The notes below the pieces were generated by a model. That model was not told the origin of the DNA. It saw nothing but the letters and a program-made list of their open reading frames with translations, and did not search any database. From the NCBI RefSeq assembly GCF_009914755.1, contig NC_060928.1: DNA of 64,000 nucleotides. The stretch is one strand, 5' to 3'. This document shows positions 1 to 17,828 of this stretch, piece after piece. A program made the position numbers and the translations under genes. Each line of letters begins with the position of its first letter. Positions within the stretch are counted from its first letter, which is position 1. The stretch is from the human T2T-CHM13v2.0 reference genome, Homo sapiens.

Positions 1-309
1 TTTTTAAAATGTACTTTTAATTATCATAAGAATTTTTATGTATATTTTAGTAAAAGATAATCAAAGATAATATTATATGACAAAATCCAAGTGATGTAAG
101 ATTTTAACCTTGAGAAACACTTATTATGGTGCGCAGTAAGAAAAAGCAAGTAAGTTACTAACAAGGAACAAGGAACTTTTTTTTCAGGAGGAGTGACTTA
201 CATTTCTCACACATTCAATACTAGGAATTTAACATAGCTGCACTTCACTATGCAAAAACATCTGTTATCTAGATAAACTAATACGTTATTCAGGGCAGTG
301 GAAAGGGAA

Positions 310-500
310 CTAGCATTTGTTGAATTCCTATTATGTGACAGGTGCTTTACCAATCATACCTAATTTAAACCTTTAAAAATCCTATGGGGGGAGTCCTATG
401 AGATTGGTCATATTATCCCCATTTTGTCAATTAAGACAAATTCGGAGTGGTAAAATTATGTGGCTAGCTTAGCTGGGATTCATACTTACAGCACTTTCAT
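310..500 (-). mobile_element. MIR SINE (degenerate)
   Basis: agcatttgttgaattcctattatgtgacagg...tattatccccatttt resembles the reverse complement of the MIR core and 3' end. Confidence 0.6.
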
Positions 501-1469
501 TACAGCACTTACTCTGTCTACGGTCCATCCATGTTAGAAGTATACTTAATATTCTTATACCAACAGGACAAAATGGTGCAGAAACAGAACCTCTGGAATG
601 CAAGACATGTTTAGGCCACCTTAAAAAGGATAATTCAGACAAATACATCACTAACCACTCTGACACTGGGAAAAGAGAACCATATGAATTTGGTCGCACC
701 TATAATTCTAATTACATCATACGTAGGATGCCAAATTTACATACTGCCTGATCCACCACTTTTTGCCTGATCTAAATATACCTCTAAACTCCAGACCTGG
801 AAGCCAACATATGCACAGCCCTTGCAAGAATTTAAAAATCCTACATGCTGGGTTCTCAGTGATCAGATTTTTGCCCAACCAGCTAATCCCTCAAGACCTC
901 AAAAGTAGAAATGAGGCCAGGATAGAGAGAAGGGACTGTTGTTCAGCCACTCTGGCTTCAAACTATTTGTTAAGATTTGAAGGTTTCAACACAGTTCAGT
1001 GGGTCCTTATTTGCCATCTCAGGCATAGCCCAGTTTCTGAACAACAATATAACTCTAGACCGAAATGAAACCCAGATGAGAGCAGATATTGGTAACAAAG
1101 GACAACTGAATCATAAACTTCTACCAACAATCTAAAATGTTTGCAAGAAAAGTATGAAATTATTTGATATGTGTTTGTTTTGCCACATGCACAAATATTA
1201 AATTAGACTAGTTTTGGGTCTATAATGCTATAATATATGCATGTGGTTCAAAATTCAAGATGTACTATAGGACATCTGGTGAAAAGGCTCTCTCTCTCCC
1301 CCTCTCCTATCCTCTAACCACCTAGTTTCCTTCCCCCAAGGCAAACCACTGTTATCAATTTCTCTGTATCCTTCCAGAGGTTTTTCTAGGATACATGTTT
1401 TTAACCACAGTAAATATGTTCTGTTTGTTAAGTTAGGCATTATTAATTCAATATGTCTGCTTGCTCTTT

Positions 1470-2030
1470 TATTAATTCAACAAATAATTATCGGGTGGCT
1501 ATTACATGCCAGTTACAGCACTGGGAAGAGAGATGAATAAGAGATCCCTGTCCTTTAGGGACTCATAATCCAGTGTGGGAGAGTGGCTCCTAAGCAAATT
1601 AAGCCCTGGGGCAAGAACGGCACATGAATAAGTGCTAAGAGAATACAGAAGAGAAAGTAACTATTTTCGCCTCAGAAATCAGAAAAGGCTTCACAGAAGA
1701 AATAACAATAGATTTGCATCTTGAGGACTGTTTTCTGGATGGAAAGGGAATTAGAAAGTCTTCCTACCCAGAGAAACACACTAAAAAAAAAATGTTGTCA
1801 GAAGGCATCATATATTTTGGGATGGGTGAGTTTTGTGGCTGGTGCACAGTGGGGTGTATGTGTAGAATTGAGAAAGAGCAAAACCGTGAGGACTTGTTAG
1901 ACCATATGACACAGTCTGGACATGAATCTTAGGCAATGGTGAAGCCAGTCCAGGTCTAATTTGTGTTTTGGGAGTTCACTCTAGTAGTTCAGTGGAAGAT
2001 GTCCTAGAGTAATGGCAAAGGGACCAGTGA
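1470..2030 (-). mobile_element. L2 LINE 3' fragment
   Basis: ttcaacaaataattatcgggtggctattacatgccag...tccctgtcct...aaggcttcacagaagaa follows the reverse L2 3'-end pattern. Confidence 0.55.
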
Positions 2031-2834
2031 AGCTCAGAATCCAGATGACTCTTTCCAAAGAAAGAGTCTTTGGGAAGACTTTGATTGGGAGATATAATTC
2101 CAATTAATCATCCTTGTCTCTGTTACTCTCTGGCTCCAAACTTGTTTTTCCATAGCTGAATTGCCTTCACACCCACTCATCCAAATGAGAAAAGCCAACG
2201 CCATCCTAAATCATTTCTTTGTGGCCCTCTATGCAAACACTCACACTTTTCTAATTTTATAACTCAAAGTTGTTTTCTACCTTCTTGGCCCCATCATTGT
2301 CTCAAAGAAGCAAATAATATGTATGTTTGAGATAAAAATGGCAGCCATCAAGTTACCTACTTAGCTTGTCAAAGCCGAGTAGATATTTTCTGCTTTCATA
2401 TTCTAAACCTGCCAGTTTCCCCTTTATCCCATTATTCCCAGTAGAAATAACAAATTTCAGTCTGTTTGAACCAAAATTCTTATGCTTATGATGAAAAAGT
2501 GATATAAGGGGTAAAATCTGCATACGTTAGAACTTTGTATATGGTTATTTTATCATGTGGAGTTGAAGATTAGAATCTGATAAGAGAGTGGAAGGGAGAG
2601 GAACTGTGTGGGATATTGAGCTGCAAGCCTTTGTTCTCTGAAATAGGACTATCTGCTGAGACTGAGAAGGGCAGGGTTGGAGAAGGGACTAGATCATAAG
2701 TGTGCTGGAGCAGCCATGGAAATATGACAGCATGAGCTGAAAGGGAAGAAGACTCAGGCTTGTGGGCTACCAACTATGTTCCAGGTTACTGGGTTAGGCA
2801 AGTTACATTCTTATGTTTAATGTTTATGATAATC

Positions 2835-3116
2835 TTTTTTTTTTTGAGATAGGGTCTTTCTCTGTCATCTAGGCTGGAGTACAGTGGCATGATCACAGCT
2901 CACTGCAGCCTTGATCTTCCAGCCTCCAGCACTCCTCCCACATAAGCTTCCTGAGTAGCTGGGACTACAGGTGCATGCGCCCATGCCTGGCAATTTTTTT
3001 TGATTTTTAGTAGAGACGTGATCTTGCTGTGTTGCCCAGGCTGGTCTCCAACTCCTGAACTCAAGTGATCCTCCCAAAGTGCTGGGATTATAGGTGTGAG
3101 CCACTACTCCTGTCCT
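2835..3116 (-). mobile_element. AluJ-like SINE
   Basis: Poly-T plus a dimeric Alu with J-type cacagctcactgcagcc; TSD ttatgataa(t/c)cttttt on both sides. Confidence 0.92.
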
Positions 3117-3632
3117 TATGATAACCTTTTAAATAGGTGATACTATCCTCATGTCCTGAGCAAGGAAATGGGTAGCTGTCCATGGTGCTTCACAGGGCCA
3201 GCAGTGATGGCAGGATTCAAACTCAAGTCTGACAAAAGCCCATGCTCACTAGAATCACCTGGCCAGTCAAACAGAAGCAGTACTGAATCTTCGCATGCAT
3301 GAAAAACATCTAGTTCACAATTTCTAAGAAGGCTTTAAACATATGTTTTAACCTTGTATATTTGATCATTTGGCTAAATTTGTTTAAAATCTCTTTCTAT
3401 CTAAAAAATAGCTTAGTTCTTATTTACAGCTGAAACTCAGGACAAGAGAGGTTCCTAATGCGATTCATAAGGCAGTAATGGGCTTTAGGGTCAGATGCAG
3501 TGGGTTATAGCAGACTGTGTCACTTAGCAGCTATGGAACACTGAACAAGCCATTTAACCTTACATTTTTTCATCCATAAAGTCAGTAACAAAAATTATCT
3601 CACAGGGGCTTATAAAGATTAAGCCAACAGTA

Positions 3633-3965
3633 CAGTAGTCTCCCTTTATCCATGAGGGACATGTTCCAAAGACCCCCAGTGGATGCCTGAAACCACAGAT
3701 AGTACCAAAATCTATATATACTGTGTTTTCCTATACACACACACACCCATAACATTTAATGATAAATTAGGCACACTAGGAGATTAATAACTAATAATAA
3801 CACAGTAATTAAATAATAGACTGTAATAAAAGCTATTTGGATGTGATCTCTCTCTCTTCTCATAATATCTTATTATACTACACTTACCTATTTTCAGATT
3901 ATGGTTGACACTGTGGGGACCTGAAACCAAGGAGCATGAAACCACTGACAAACGGGGAACTACTG
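3633..3965. mobile_element. MER2 (Tigger-family MITE) inserted into a MIR
   Basis: TIRs cagtagtctccctttatcc ... aacggggaactactg flanked by TA on both sides; internal gacccccagtggatgcctgaaacc. MIR halves lie at about 3470-3630 and 3968-4025. Confidence 0.85.
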
Positions 3966-4866
3966 TACACTTAAAATGCCTAGAACCATGTGTGGAACAC
4001 AACTGGCGCTCAACAAACTTTCTACTCTTCCCCAAGGTCACAGCCCTTGAGATCAGGAAGCACCTTAGTGCAATGGCAGAGCACTGTTCCGGGAGCAGAT
4101 GGCTTGGTTCCTGTCTGGTTTCACCACTCACTGACTGTGAGAGCTACAGTTAGCCACACCAAGCTCTAGTACGTCCATCCGTAGAATGGTCACTGTAATG
4201 GTACCTCCTTGCAGGACTGTATTCAGCCCTGTTCAGGTCAATCCCAACTTTGGGCAGAAGGATCCAGTCCTTCTATTCCAAAGCTGGGATCTCTGTGTTA
4301 AGTTACTTTTCTACCAATTATGCTTGCATGTTGGGCTCAATTTCTGTTAATAGGTTTTGTGCCTCATTCCCCTGTGTCCCATTCCTTGTGTTAATGCCTA
4401 TGTAGTACCCCCGTCCTTACAGGACAAAATTCCTAACTCCCTGACTCCCTCGAAAGCCCAGTCCCAAGACTGGGGCTCTGACACCTGCCTTTCTTGAGAG
4501 CCTACCTGCTGAGATTTCTAAATGCAGTCTCCTCCTACACCCAAAGACTCTCATGATGTCCTACTCAGACCACCAGCAGTTTCTGCACTCTGCCTTCTGG
4601 GCTGGACTTCCTTGTGACACCTGTACCCATACTCCAGATATTATCCCACCTTGGTCTGATTCATATCCTAGGCCTTTCCAGTTTGTCCCATTATTACCTT
4701 AATTTCCAAAGAAATATTTCCTGTCACCATTTCTTGTATATAGAAGGAAAATAATAATAAAATAATACAATAGAGAAAAATAATAATTTAGTTTATTTGG
4801 AATTACATGGTGTTTTTTTCTCTCTCTCAAAAAGCAACAGCTTTTCATGAAGAATATGCAAAAAAT

Positions 4867-5503
<637 letters not shown>

Positions 5504-6082
5504 TAAGAAAGCATATAGATTTATAACTGATTGCCTAACTATCATTTCAGTCACTCGTAAAAGAGAAAGACTCATTGATTTTAGAGTCCTATATAACAAA
5601 ACCACCAGCTGATTTTTAGCTTACCAGGAGAAGCCAATTAGGGCTAGGACGGTTGCTTCTCACCCTTACTTGCCTGCGCCTTCCTCTGCCCTTCCAGGTC
5701 TGCCATCTCCAGATCCCATCCAGCCTTAAGTCTTGGTTTAATCCTAATGCTAGAAGTTCCTAGAATGTTCCAGCCTTTTCCCACTCCCCCAATCCATGAT
5801 ACTGGCCTGATCAATTTGCTTAGGGCACCATTGCTGCGTTTCTCCCAACTTGCAGCCTGCCCTTGCTACAGAGCAATGTTCTCTTGCTGTCCAGGGTTTC
5901 TCAGGTGCAACTTTCCCTTGGGCTCCAAGTTATATGTCAGCAAGGTCCTTCCCTTCCATTCCCTCCTCTCCTGGGAGGAGGGTCTGGATGGGTCACATTC
6001 TAGAGGACAGTCTCTTTTTGCTAATGAGAATAAAGGTGGGCAGAAAGAGGCCGGTTTTGGTGTGATACTTCACTAATTTTAG

Positions 6083-6412
<330 letters not shown>

Positions 6413-9400
6413 TAATGTTCTCTCCAGTGGGCTCCAGACCCAAGCCCAGTGAATTAAGACAAGGTAATTTCCTTTCCTACTTGTCAGTGTTCTTTTATGC
6501 ATATTCCCAAAGGGGAAAAAAACCTGTGGTTTGAGGCAGAGTTGGGCCTTTGCTCCCATCCTGAGTTTCTGTCTGAGGAACCTGTCCTATATTGCTGGTT
6601 TGCCAATAAATTCTGAGACATAATAAGTGCAAAGCAATCATAATAAGTTTCAAAAGCCTTTTCTATCCACAAGTACCAATAAATTATTACACTAATATGT
6701 TAAATATTTTCATATACAAAACCACCACAATCTGTAAATCACTAACTTGCTGGGTCATCCTGTGAAATTAAAGCCTTTCTAAGTTTCTTCCCTCATCTGT
6801 ACAATGTAGATATGAGATTAATCTCTATTGCCCTGTGTGTATATCTCTTTGCTTCTATGGTCCTGAAAAGAGGAATGGTTGACGAAAAGATATAAAGTGA
6901 TCATTAGAATGAATTGGTAGTAAATCCAGAGATGGCCTTGCCTGTGGCCAGGGTACACACCTATGAAGCCCAACTCAGAGCAAACTGCTGAAGACAGGAA
7001 AGGGAGTAATCACTGTCCTTATCCCACATAAGAGTCTTAAGTTGCAAACTAGTTAAAAGAATTCCAAAGCAGTCACAATGGTCTTTGATGAGAATGGCAG
7101 TCAAAGATAAGGGAAATTACTTACAAAAGAATACTTCTAAGGCAAGTACTCCAGGAGATAAATAAAACCCGAAAAATATAAGATTGTGTATGCATGTGTA
7201 TAGATACCTATTAAAACACAAATTTTAAACAGCTCCAACAGTGCTGAAAGCCAAACTGTGATCACACGAGAATCTTTAAAAAGCTTTAGAATTTTTCATT
7301 AGGTGTAAGATAATAAAATGCAGACATGGAAGGCTCATTGCCCTTTTTCTCTGCTCACTGCAGTTCTAGATGTTTTTAAGGAGGCTACTTATGTATTTAT
7401 TTTTATGTTGCAATTATAAAACTGAAAAAATATATTAGGAAAAAGCCTACAAGTAATATTTTAAGTCAAAGAAAAATTAGAGGAGCTTATTAAATTTGAT
7501 AAACCATGGCGTCACTGGAAGAATATTAAAGAAAGAGGGAGTTTGGTTAACACCTCAGATCAAGTTACGTGAAATAATGTGCCTCTATGAAGCAGGATGG
7601 AGATAAACAAAATACAGCTTGCAGGCCAAAAATAGCCTAGTTTTCCCAGCTCTGCATTCCATCTGTCAAAACAAGGTGGATGGCATTCATCAGATACCAG
7701 CAATGTGTATATAGCTGGACTGATCCAATCATTTTCTGGTGGACTTAGTTTTATTATTCGTAATAATAATAATCAGCCATCAATTAATGGAATTTGTAAA
7801 AATGGTTACATAATGGAGGCTTTGTCAATTATCATCAGCTCATTCTTCTTTCCCTTCTGGAGACTAGAGTCGAAAATTTCACATCCTCACTACCAAGTCT
7901 AAGGCCCTCACTGAACCTCAACCTTCCTTGGAACCTTCCCTAACCCTGGTCAGAAATATCTCCTCTCTCTAAAATACCTGCACACTTGATTGAAACCTCA
8001 AGGAGCCAGCTAACACTGGCTGAGCACTATCACAAGTTGGGCCCCGCAGCACTGCATTATCTTAATTAAGCTTTGCAAGAACACCATCCGCTATTAAAAG
8101 TATTCCCATTTCACATTGTTCTTATTGCTTTGGCAAGTTCTTAGTAGCAATGATTGCTTTCTTCTCTATGTGAAGGTTGATATTTGCATGTCATTTCTTC
8201 TTATCTATATCACAGCCTCTCCAAGGTGGGGATATCTTATGCATCAATAGAGCCTCATGGAACCTACATGGCTCAAGTAGTTACACCCTTAGTGTCTGAA
8301 GTTAGGACTGAGCTACCCTCAGCAGTGTAGTCCTCTTGTTTAGCAACAGGCTAGTGCCTGGGGCAGGATCAACTGTCCCTTCTCAGCTGAGGACTAATCT
8401 TGTGCTGTGACCCTGGAATTTACTCCCAAACCTGTCAATGCCTTGCCTAGCAGAGTAGTAGAAGTTACTGTTTAAAACCTTGTCCCAGAGGGGTCATTAG
8501 CCATTGTATCACCATATAACAAGGCAAACACATATAGGGAGCCAAGAAAATATCTAAAAGTAAATGAGATGTTCCTTTGAATAAAATGAAAATTTAAATG
8601 AAAAGTACATTTCAAATATTTTTACTGGTCTGCAACGGGCAGAAAAATAGATTCTCATTTAATCAAAATTTAATCGCATGATCCATTTGTGATAAAACAA
8701 AAGTAGTTTTATTGTGTGGTTTTAGCCTCTGCCTCTTTATAAGGACCTACTATGTGATAGGCATCGTGTTTATTGTGCAGATGAAGGTTCGTAATAAAAA
8801 TATTTGCTTGCAAGAAGTTCACAGAACTACATACAATTACCTATGATAAAATGTGTTAAGTGCATTTTAAGGTATAAAAACTGTTAAGAGATCACAGAGG
8901 AAGAAGAAATTAATGAGGGAAGGAGAGGAGGACAGAAGATAGTGATCACAAAAGTTTTGTGAAGAGGTCATCTTTCATCTGAACCTTAAAGGAGAAATGC
9001 AATTTCTCCAAAGTTGAGAAGGAGAGGAAGGACAATGATGGGTTTTTTTTTTTTTAGACAAGACCACACTTCTCTAGGAGGAGTCACAGCTGCCTCAACA
9101 CAGTGCCACAGCACACACAGTGCCTTCTACATATGACTCAGGATAGACTGATTAAATAGCTGTACAATAAAATTCAACAAAGTCATGGAAATTCATTTTA
9201 AAATCAGTATAATAAAAATCTTAGTAAAGACAATCATACCAGCAAACCCAAGGAAAAGTAGAAATCATTAGACATGGTGTTAAAGTCTAAGGAATGTCAA
9301 ACAAAAGGTGAGAAACTGACCCCCAATAATGATGGAATTTTTATGTACGTTTAGTGTTACCTAATAACTTACTCACAATTCAGTTTTCTGCTTACATATT

Positions 9401-9929
9401 TATAGTATTCTGAATTGAATACGTTTATCCCATATGAAATTAAAGCTGAGTATTATTCTGCGGCTGTTCCAAAGGCTATGGTCTTTCACATGTACTCAAC
9501 CTTTAAGTCAATACAATCTAATAGTTTAAGAAGACATTACATTTCAGACAGCCATTCTGCCTAAAAACACTCTAAATTATTTAAATTGAATTCTGATTAA
9601 AGTTAAAATAAAATCTTCTTCAATGGGGCATGCAACGTTCTCAGAACTTTTGCAAATGACAGCTTTGTAATCTGATTCTGTTTCATCCAGTAAAGCCATA
9701 AAATGAATACGCCACGAAACTACAGTCACTGTAGCTGTCTATGGAATACTTTACAACTTACATAGTCCCCTTTTTCTTGAGCTCCAAAAGGCAGGGAAAA
9801 ATGGTGCAAATGGTTCTCCTTGAAGCTTGAATATTAAATACTAACTTGAATTATTGAAAAGAAAGTTTCACTTCTTATGGAAGAAAATACAGGGGTTTTC
9901 ATTCTAACTAGGACTTACCCCAGGTCACA

Positions 9930-10170
9930 GAGGTAATGGAGAGATGTCAGACTTTAAATCAGAAGACCTGGGGTTGAAATCAAATTCATCTGCTCACTAG
10001 CTATGACTTGGTGCAAGTTACTTTACTTCTTAGGGGTCTATTTCCACTTCTGTGCAATTGTAAAAGTATAGTCTACCTAGCTAGATTATTGAGAAGTGCA
10101 GAAGAAACATTTTCAGATGCCAAGGGCAGTGCTTAGCAGAATAGGTTGCTAAATAACTTAGCTATTAATA
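9930..10170 (+). mobile_element. MIR SINE
   Basis: tcagaagacctgggg...cactagctatgacttggtgcaagtta...aataacttagctatt. Confidence 0.6.
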
Positions 10171-10629
10171 TTGATTCTAAAGTTGGGCCTTAAGCTAAGA
10201 AAGATCTCCTGTTTGTCAGTCTACATACCATATTGTCTAGGCAGTTTTTATTGGTGTTTTTGAAGAGTTTTTTTTTTTAAAAAGGAAAACAGAGTAATAC
10301 AACAACTATGTTATATACCCACTTTCCACAATTTGGGTTGTCTTTTCAACCTAAAAACAAAAATAAAAATTTTCCAAATCATGATCTAGGTCCCCATGAA
10401 TGCATTTGGCTCCATGACCATTTAGCCATTCAGATGGACAACTGAAAATTACCTATAACTAAGAAAACAGGGAAGAGAAGACTGCTCCTGAGAAGCTACC
10501 TGAGCCGCATCTAGGAAATGTGGGATCCAGCATCTTGCCACAGAGCTGAGCCATGAGATGATGAAATGAGTGAGGCAGCAGGAGCCTGCACGCCCTGGCT
10601 CAAGGAAAGAGCAGCTGCTACAGCTGCTG

Positions 10630-10825
10630 CTCAGGGCTTGCCAATGGCTGGCATGCTGGAATGCAGGCTCCGTGTTGCCAGACCTTTCACTACTTCAGGA
10701 GAGGCTGGACGTCGAGAGTTTATATGAAATCTCCCCATTTTTAAATATTGGCAAATAATTAAAAACGTTAAAAAAATTATGCAGGCCAAACAAAACATCT
10801 TGGCTGGCTTGATTTCAATCTGGAG
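10630..10825. mobile_element. hAT-Charlie-type DNA transposon remnant (MER102-like)
   Basis: tatatgaaatctccccatttttaaatattggcaaataatt...caggccaaacaaaacatc resembles this family from memory. Confidence 0.4.
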
Positions 10826-11356
10826 AAATCAGATTAAGAGCCTTGAAAGGACAAGAGCACCCAGGCATGCAGCCTGGGGCTGCGTGCAGCCTTCAACAAG
10901 GGGATGGGGGCCTGGGTAAGGAGTACATTCTCCACCGAAGCCCTACTGGGCAGGATTCTAGCCTTCTATTTCCCTCCGTGTTTGGATTCTTATCTTTATG
11001 CCTAAGCATGAAAAACAAATCCTGGAAGCTGGCATTCGGATAAATAACACAAAGTCTGTTCGGGGTATGAAAAGGGAAAACAAGGCATCCAGAATACAGG
11101 CATGTCCCTGAATGGTGTTACCCTTATGTCCTTGGGATTCACAGCTAGATGCCTCTGGTGTTTCATAAAGTATCAGGAAAAAAACATTAAAATTGACACT
11201 CAGTTCTCTGGAAAACTATTCTAGTTCACTAAACTGCAATGTTATTAAATGCCCTTGAGGCGTTTATCCATGAACTGCTGCTGCATGCTGGTGGTGACTG
11301 CTGGGCAAGCTAACAGAAGCTGATCCGGGCTTTCCTTATGAGGAAGCAAATGCTGA

Positions 11357-11397
11357 GGATAAACAGTATGGAGAGCTGTGGATAAACAGTATGGAGA
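11357..11397. repeat. Short direct duplication (18-mer x2, 23-bp period)
   Basis: ggataaacagtatggaga at 11357-11374 and 11380-11397. Confidence 0.9.
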
Positions 11398-11644
11398 AGG
11401 TGGAGGTAATTCATTAAACTGCATCACAGCAATGCCACACGTGACCAAGGATATGCATTTGTAACACTGAGGTTAAAATAGCTATTGAATTTATGTGCCC
11501 TTCAACATACCCTGGAAAGTAACACTGGCACCAAAAACATGAGAACATCAAGTGAAAAGTCTTCCTCATTCTTTTGTCCATTTGAGAAAGGTGACAATTA
11601 ACCTGTTAGGCTCTGAACACTGCAAAGATCTAGGAGATCTCCAA

Positions 11645-12195
<551 letters not shown>

Positions 12196-12254
12196 TAGGA
12201 TAATGACCAAAGAAGAAATAGCATTTCCTGGTCAACTGCCGAAGTCAAAAGTGT

Positions 12255-12445
12255 GCTTAAGCACTTTATTGGATCATTTAACTAAGATAACAATCCCATG
12301 AAACAGTCTTAGCATCTCCATTTTACGTATGAGAACACTGAGGCTGGGAGCAGTGAAGTAACTTGCCTAAGTGTTTGCGGAGAGTAAATGAAAGAGCCAA
12401 GATTTGAGCCCAAGCAGACAGGCTCTGGCACCCTTGCTACACTCT
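12255..12445 (-). mobile_element. MIR SINE
   Basis: ccattttacgtatgagaacactgaggct...gaagtaacttgcctaag...gatttgagcccaagcag. Confidence 0.7.
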
Positions 12446-12519
12446 GAGGGCCACATGTGCATATAGCAGTTCTTAGCCTTGGCTGGGTATCAGAACCTTA
12501 CTGGAAACTTTTCAAAATA

Positions 12520-12555
12520 CTTTCAATTTATTAAATCCTTTCAATTTATTAAATC
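12520..12555. repeat. Perfect 18-bp tandem duplication
   Basis: ctttcaatttattaaatc x2. Confidence 0.95.
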
Positions 12556-14434
12556 AGACATGGTACCCAGGCATCTTTATACTTAAAAAAGACATTTCCC
12601 ACAAATGTTTCTGGAGAACAGTTGGGACCTACTATATGCCCAGATCTTTGCTTTGTTGACTAAGTAGTATCAGACATGGTCCTACTGATAAACAACTTAT
12701 TTATCTTGAATGTCAAATCACCCTGCTATCTGAACATGTTACCTAGCTCATGATCACAACCAGAGGTACGGTCTCCAAAGGTATCAAATTACAGATCAGA
12801 CCCACAAGCAGCTAAGTCTTAGATGGTGGCCAAAGTCTTTTTTACCAAAGCCACATTTGCTGAAAGCCACCACCACAGAGCTGGGGATAAGCCAAACGTG
12901 AACTGAAACTGAAAGTTAAATTATATCAAGAGCAAAAAGTGGCAAGACAGCTAGTAAAGACAATACAAATGACACTTAAGAACTTTATATAGTATGTTTT
13001 AACAGAATAAGCATAGATAAACCAACCTGACTTGTGGCAAAGCACTTATTTGCATGACTGCAATGGGTTCCCCGTGGTCAGAGTTCCCCGCTACAGCTCT
13101 GGAAAGTATTTAAGTCTCTGGCTGGGAGAAAACTCACCATATGAAGCTTCTGTTGACCTCCCTTGCCAGACCTAACCTAGTGGAAACCACACAGGAAGGC
13201 AATCTGTCCAGAGAACTATGCTTCCATTTCAGAATACGAATACAGAAAACTCTTAGGACATGCACAGGAAAAATCTCTCATTTCCCACAGATCCCCACCT
13301 GGTACTTACACCTCAGAGATTTTCAGCCTTGGGACAGGGCCAGTCATACCTTCCTGAACTTCCCTAAGAGGCTACTTGTGCAATGGAGTCTTTGGAACTC
13401 ACTGGAATGACATGACTGTCCTATTTAATTAAGTCTTCCCAAAACAGATCCACTCTGCTATTGTAGTCTCATCCTACCAATGGAGGTCCTTCCTCTTTCC
13501 ATCTTTTCTTTTTGCTGACCTATGCTGGTTTGCCCCTGCTGTCTTTTGACCCCAGTTGATGTTTCTCTCCTCTTATCCATTTACATTTTTCTAACACCAA
13601 ATGTGGATCCAGAATAGTGAATTCTGCGAAAAAGAATAGTCTAAAGTTTTCCACCCTCTGACTGGGCTTGAGTATTTGCTGTAAATCAAGTACTCAAAAA
13701 GCCTAGAGCTATAAACTGAGAAGACAAGGAGAAGAACTCTAAACAGCAGGCAGAACCCATGTGTAATGGACTGCAGCCTTCGTAATGAACCCTTGTAGCC
13801 ACTAGTGAGAACTTTCAACAATGGTATCTTTGAACATAAGGACAATGAAAACCTTTTAAAACCAAGGCAAATCTACTATAACTACATGTCTATAATCGCT
13901 GGGAGGTTTACTCCATCAGATAAATAGTTTTGTTGTCTTGTTTTAATTTTCTAAAAGGTAACTTCAGCAGAGTAGTATAAAAGAAAAAGTTACCAACATT
14001 TGATTTCAACCTCTTAAGACACTAGGAGTCCAGTGTCTGCAGTGTGTTAAGGCTGTGAATTTGCTATAAGTCTAAGTACGAAAACAAAGGTAAATATCAT
14101 AGCTACAGTTGATAGCTGTTGCATTAATGAGAACAAATAGAAATAAGATCTTAGTGACAAGAACACCTTTGGCAATATCAGGAAAAAGTTGAAAACATAG
14201 TTCAAACAGAAGCCTTAAAAACCAACATATTATAGTTGAATAGTCTATCATACAAATGATGAAGGAGTCTGCAAAATCATAGGAAATGCTACTGTCTCTA
14301 TAGCCAAAAGGCTATAGAACATAAACACATATTATCTTACTGGCAACAAGAATCCCATATTCACCTAGTGGTTTTATTGTTTTGGTTTGGTTAACATTTT
14401 GGTGTACTTCCTCCATCTTATTTTTCAAGTACAC

Positions 14435-15290
14435 ATTTTTTTTTAAACATAGAAGTTATTTTTCCCCATTTTAAGTGCCCAATTAGTCAATTTACAGAGC
14501 TTCATAACCATTGTCACCATCCAGTTTTTTAGTACTGCCATTGCCCTAAAAAGGTCTCTTCTGCCCATCTGCAGTTAATTCCTGTTCCCACTCCCCAGTC
14601 AACTACTAATTTAGTTTCTGTCTCTTTAGGTTGGTCTTTCTGGACACTTCATATAATTGAAATCATATAATATGGAGTATTTTGTTTTTGGTGTTTTTCA
14701 CTTAGCACAATGCTTGAGGTTCACTCATGTTGCAGTGCGTGCTGAACAGTATTCCATTATGTGGATATACCATGTTGTTTTTACATTTACCAATTGGCAT
14801 CTGGTTGTTCCCAAGTTTTTCTTGTATTGAATATAAATCTTTGTATGGGCATACATTTTCATTTTTCTTGGGTAGATATGTAGAAGTGGAATTGCTGGAT
14901 CTTAGGTTAAGTGTATGTTTAATATTTTAAGAAACTGCCAAATCATTTTCCATGCTGGCTACACCATTTTACATTTCCACCAGCAATATATGACGTGTTT
15001 TTCCATAACCTCACCAAAACTTAGTACTGTTGTTTAAAAAGTATTGTTATTGTAGCCTCTTAGTGTATGTGAAATTACATCTCATTATGGTTTTATTTTG
15101 TAATTCCTTAATGACTAAAGACATTGAATATCTTTTCATGTGATTATTAGCCATTTATGTATCTCCTTTGTGACATGTAGATTATGCACGTCTACTCAAA
15201 TCTTTTATCTAAAAGAGTTGTCATCTTATTATGGAGTTCTAGGGGTAATTTATATATTTTGAATACAAGTTCCTAATTAATGTCTTTAAC
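14435..15290 (-). mobile_element. Old L1M (L1MB/ME-type) 3' fragment
   Basis: gtggaattgctggatc, gaaactgccaaatcattttccat...ccattttacatttccaccagcaat, catctcattatggtttt. Confidence 0.8.
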
Positions 15291-15338
15291 TTTGCCTGGA
15301 ACTCTAAAATTAAATGATCTTTCATTTGTGAGCTAGAA

Positions 15339-16355
<1,017 letters not shown>

Positions 16356-16416
16356 GAGGGAGAGAAACCATAAGTTAAGGAAATAGTGGACTGACTTCTG
16401 ATTATAGAAACCATCA

Positions 16417-16719
<303 letters not shown>

Positions 16720-17497
16720 AAAACATTTCCATATGCCAAAGTCAATCAACCAATCTCTAAAAATCAAATGAAAGCTTCATTGTAGAATCCAAGGAGAGGT
16801 GCAACACACAAGGTTTTTAACATCTGCTTCCTTAATTCAGACTCAACCAACATTTCTGAAGGCTTTGAGGCCCTTGCCATCACATGCTAAGAGGAGTAAA
16901 ATGAAGAAGCTAGCAACTGAAACATGTACCAAGAATATCTGGGGGTGAGACCAAATTTCTGATGAGATTATTGTTGAAAATCTGTTAAACTCTGTACATT
17001 ATATGGGGCTCAAACAGACCGCCTCTGCGATTATGTTTCCTTATATCTCCCTCAGTGTCAGCTTGCTCATCTATCTCCTGGGACATTTTTGTCAGAATAC
17101 AGTGGCTGAAGCGTTTAAAAGGTAAACTGTAAGCCTTTATTACTATGTGAACCTATCAATAATTTATTTATGAATATATCTGTTAAATCTCAGGATTTCC
17201 AGAGTAGTAGCTTTATAAAGTCACATAAAGTGGACGTACAACTCATAGAACAATTCTTTCTCATTCACTGTACTTCACTGTCAGAGAGAAAAGGACTCTT
17301 TAATTATCATAATAATGTCATGAAATATTACAAATGAAAACTGGTGGTAAAAAACGAAGCACTAGATTGAATAAACCTCTTCAAAAAATTGATGTACGTT
17401 TATCTTCTTTTCTATTTATCAAGACTAGAAATGAATAAAACCTCTACTAACTATAAGACTTAAAGGTAAAACATATCTTTATTCTACTGGGAAGTCA

Positions 17498-17828
<331 letters not shown>
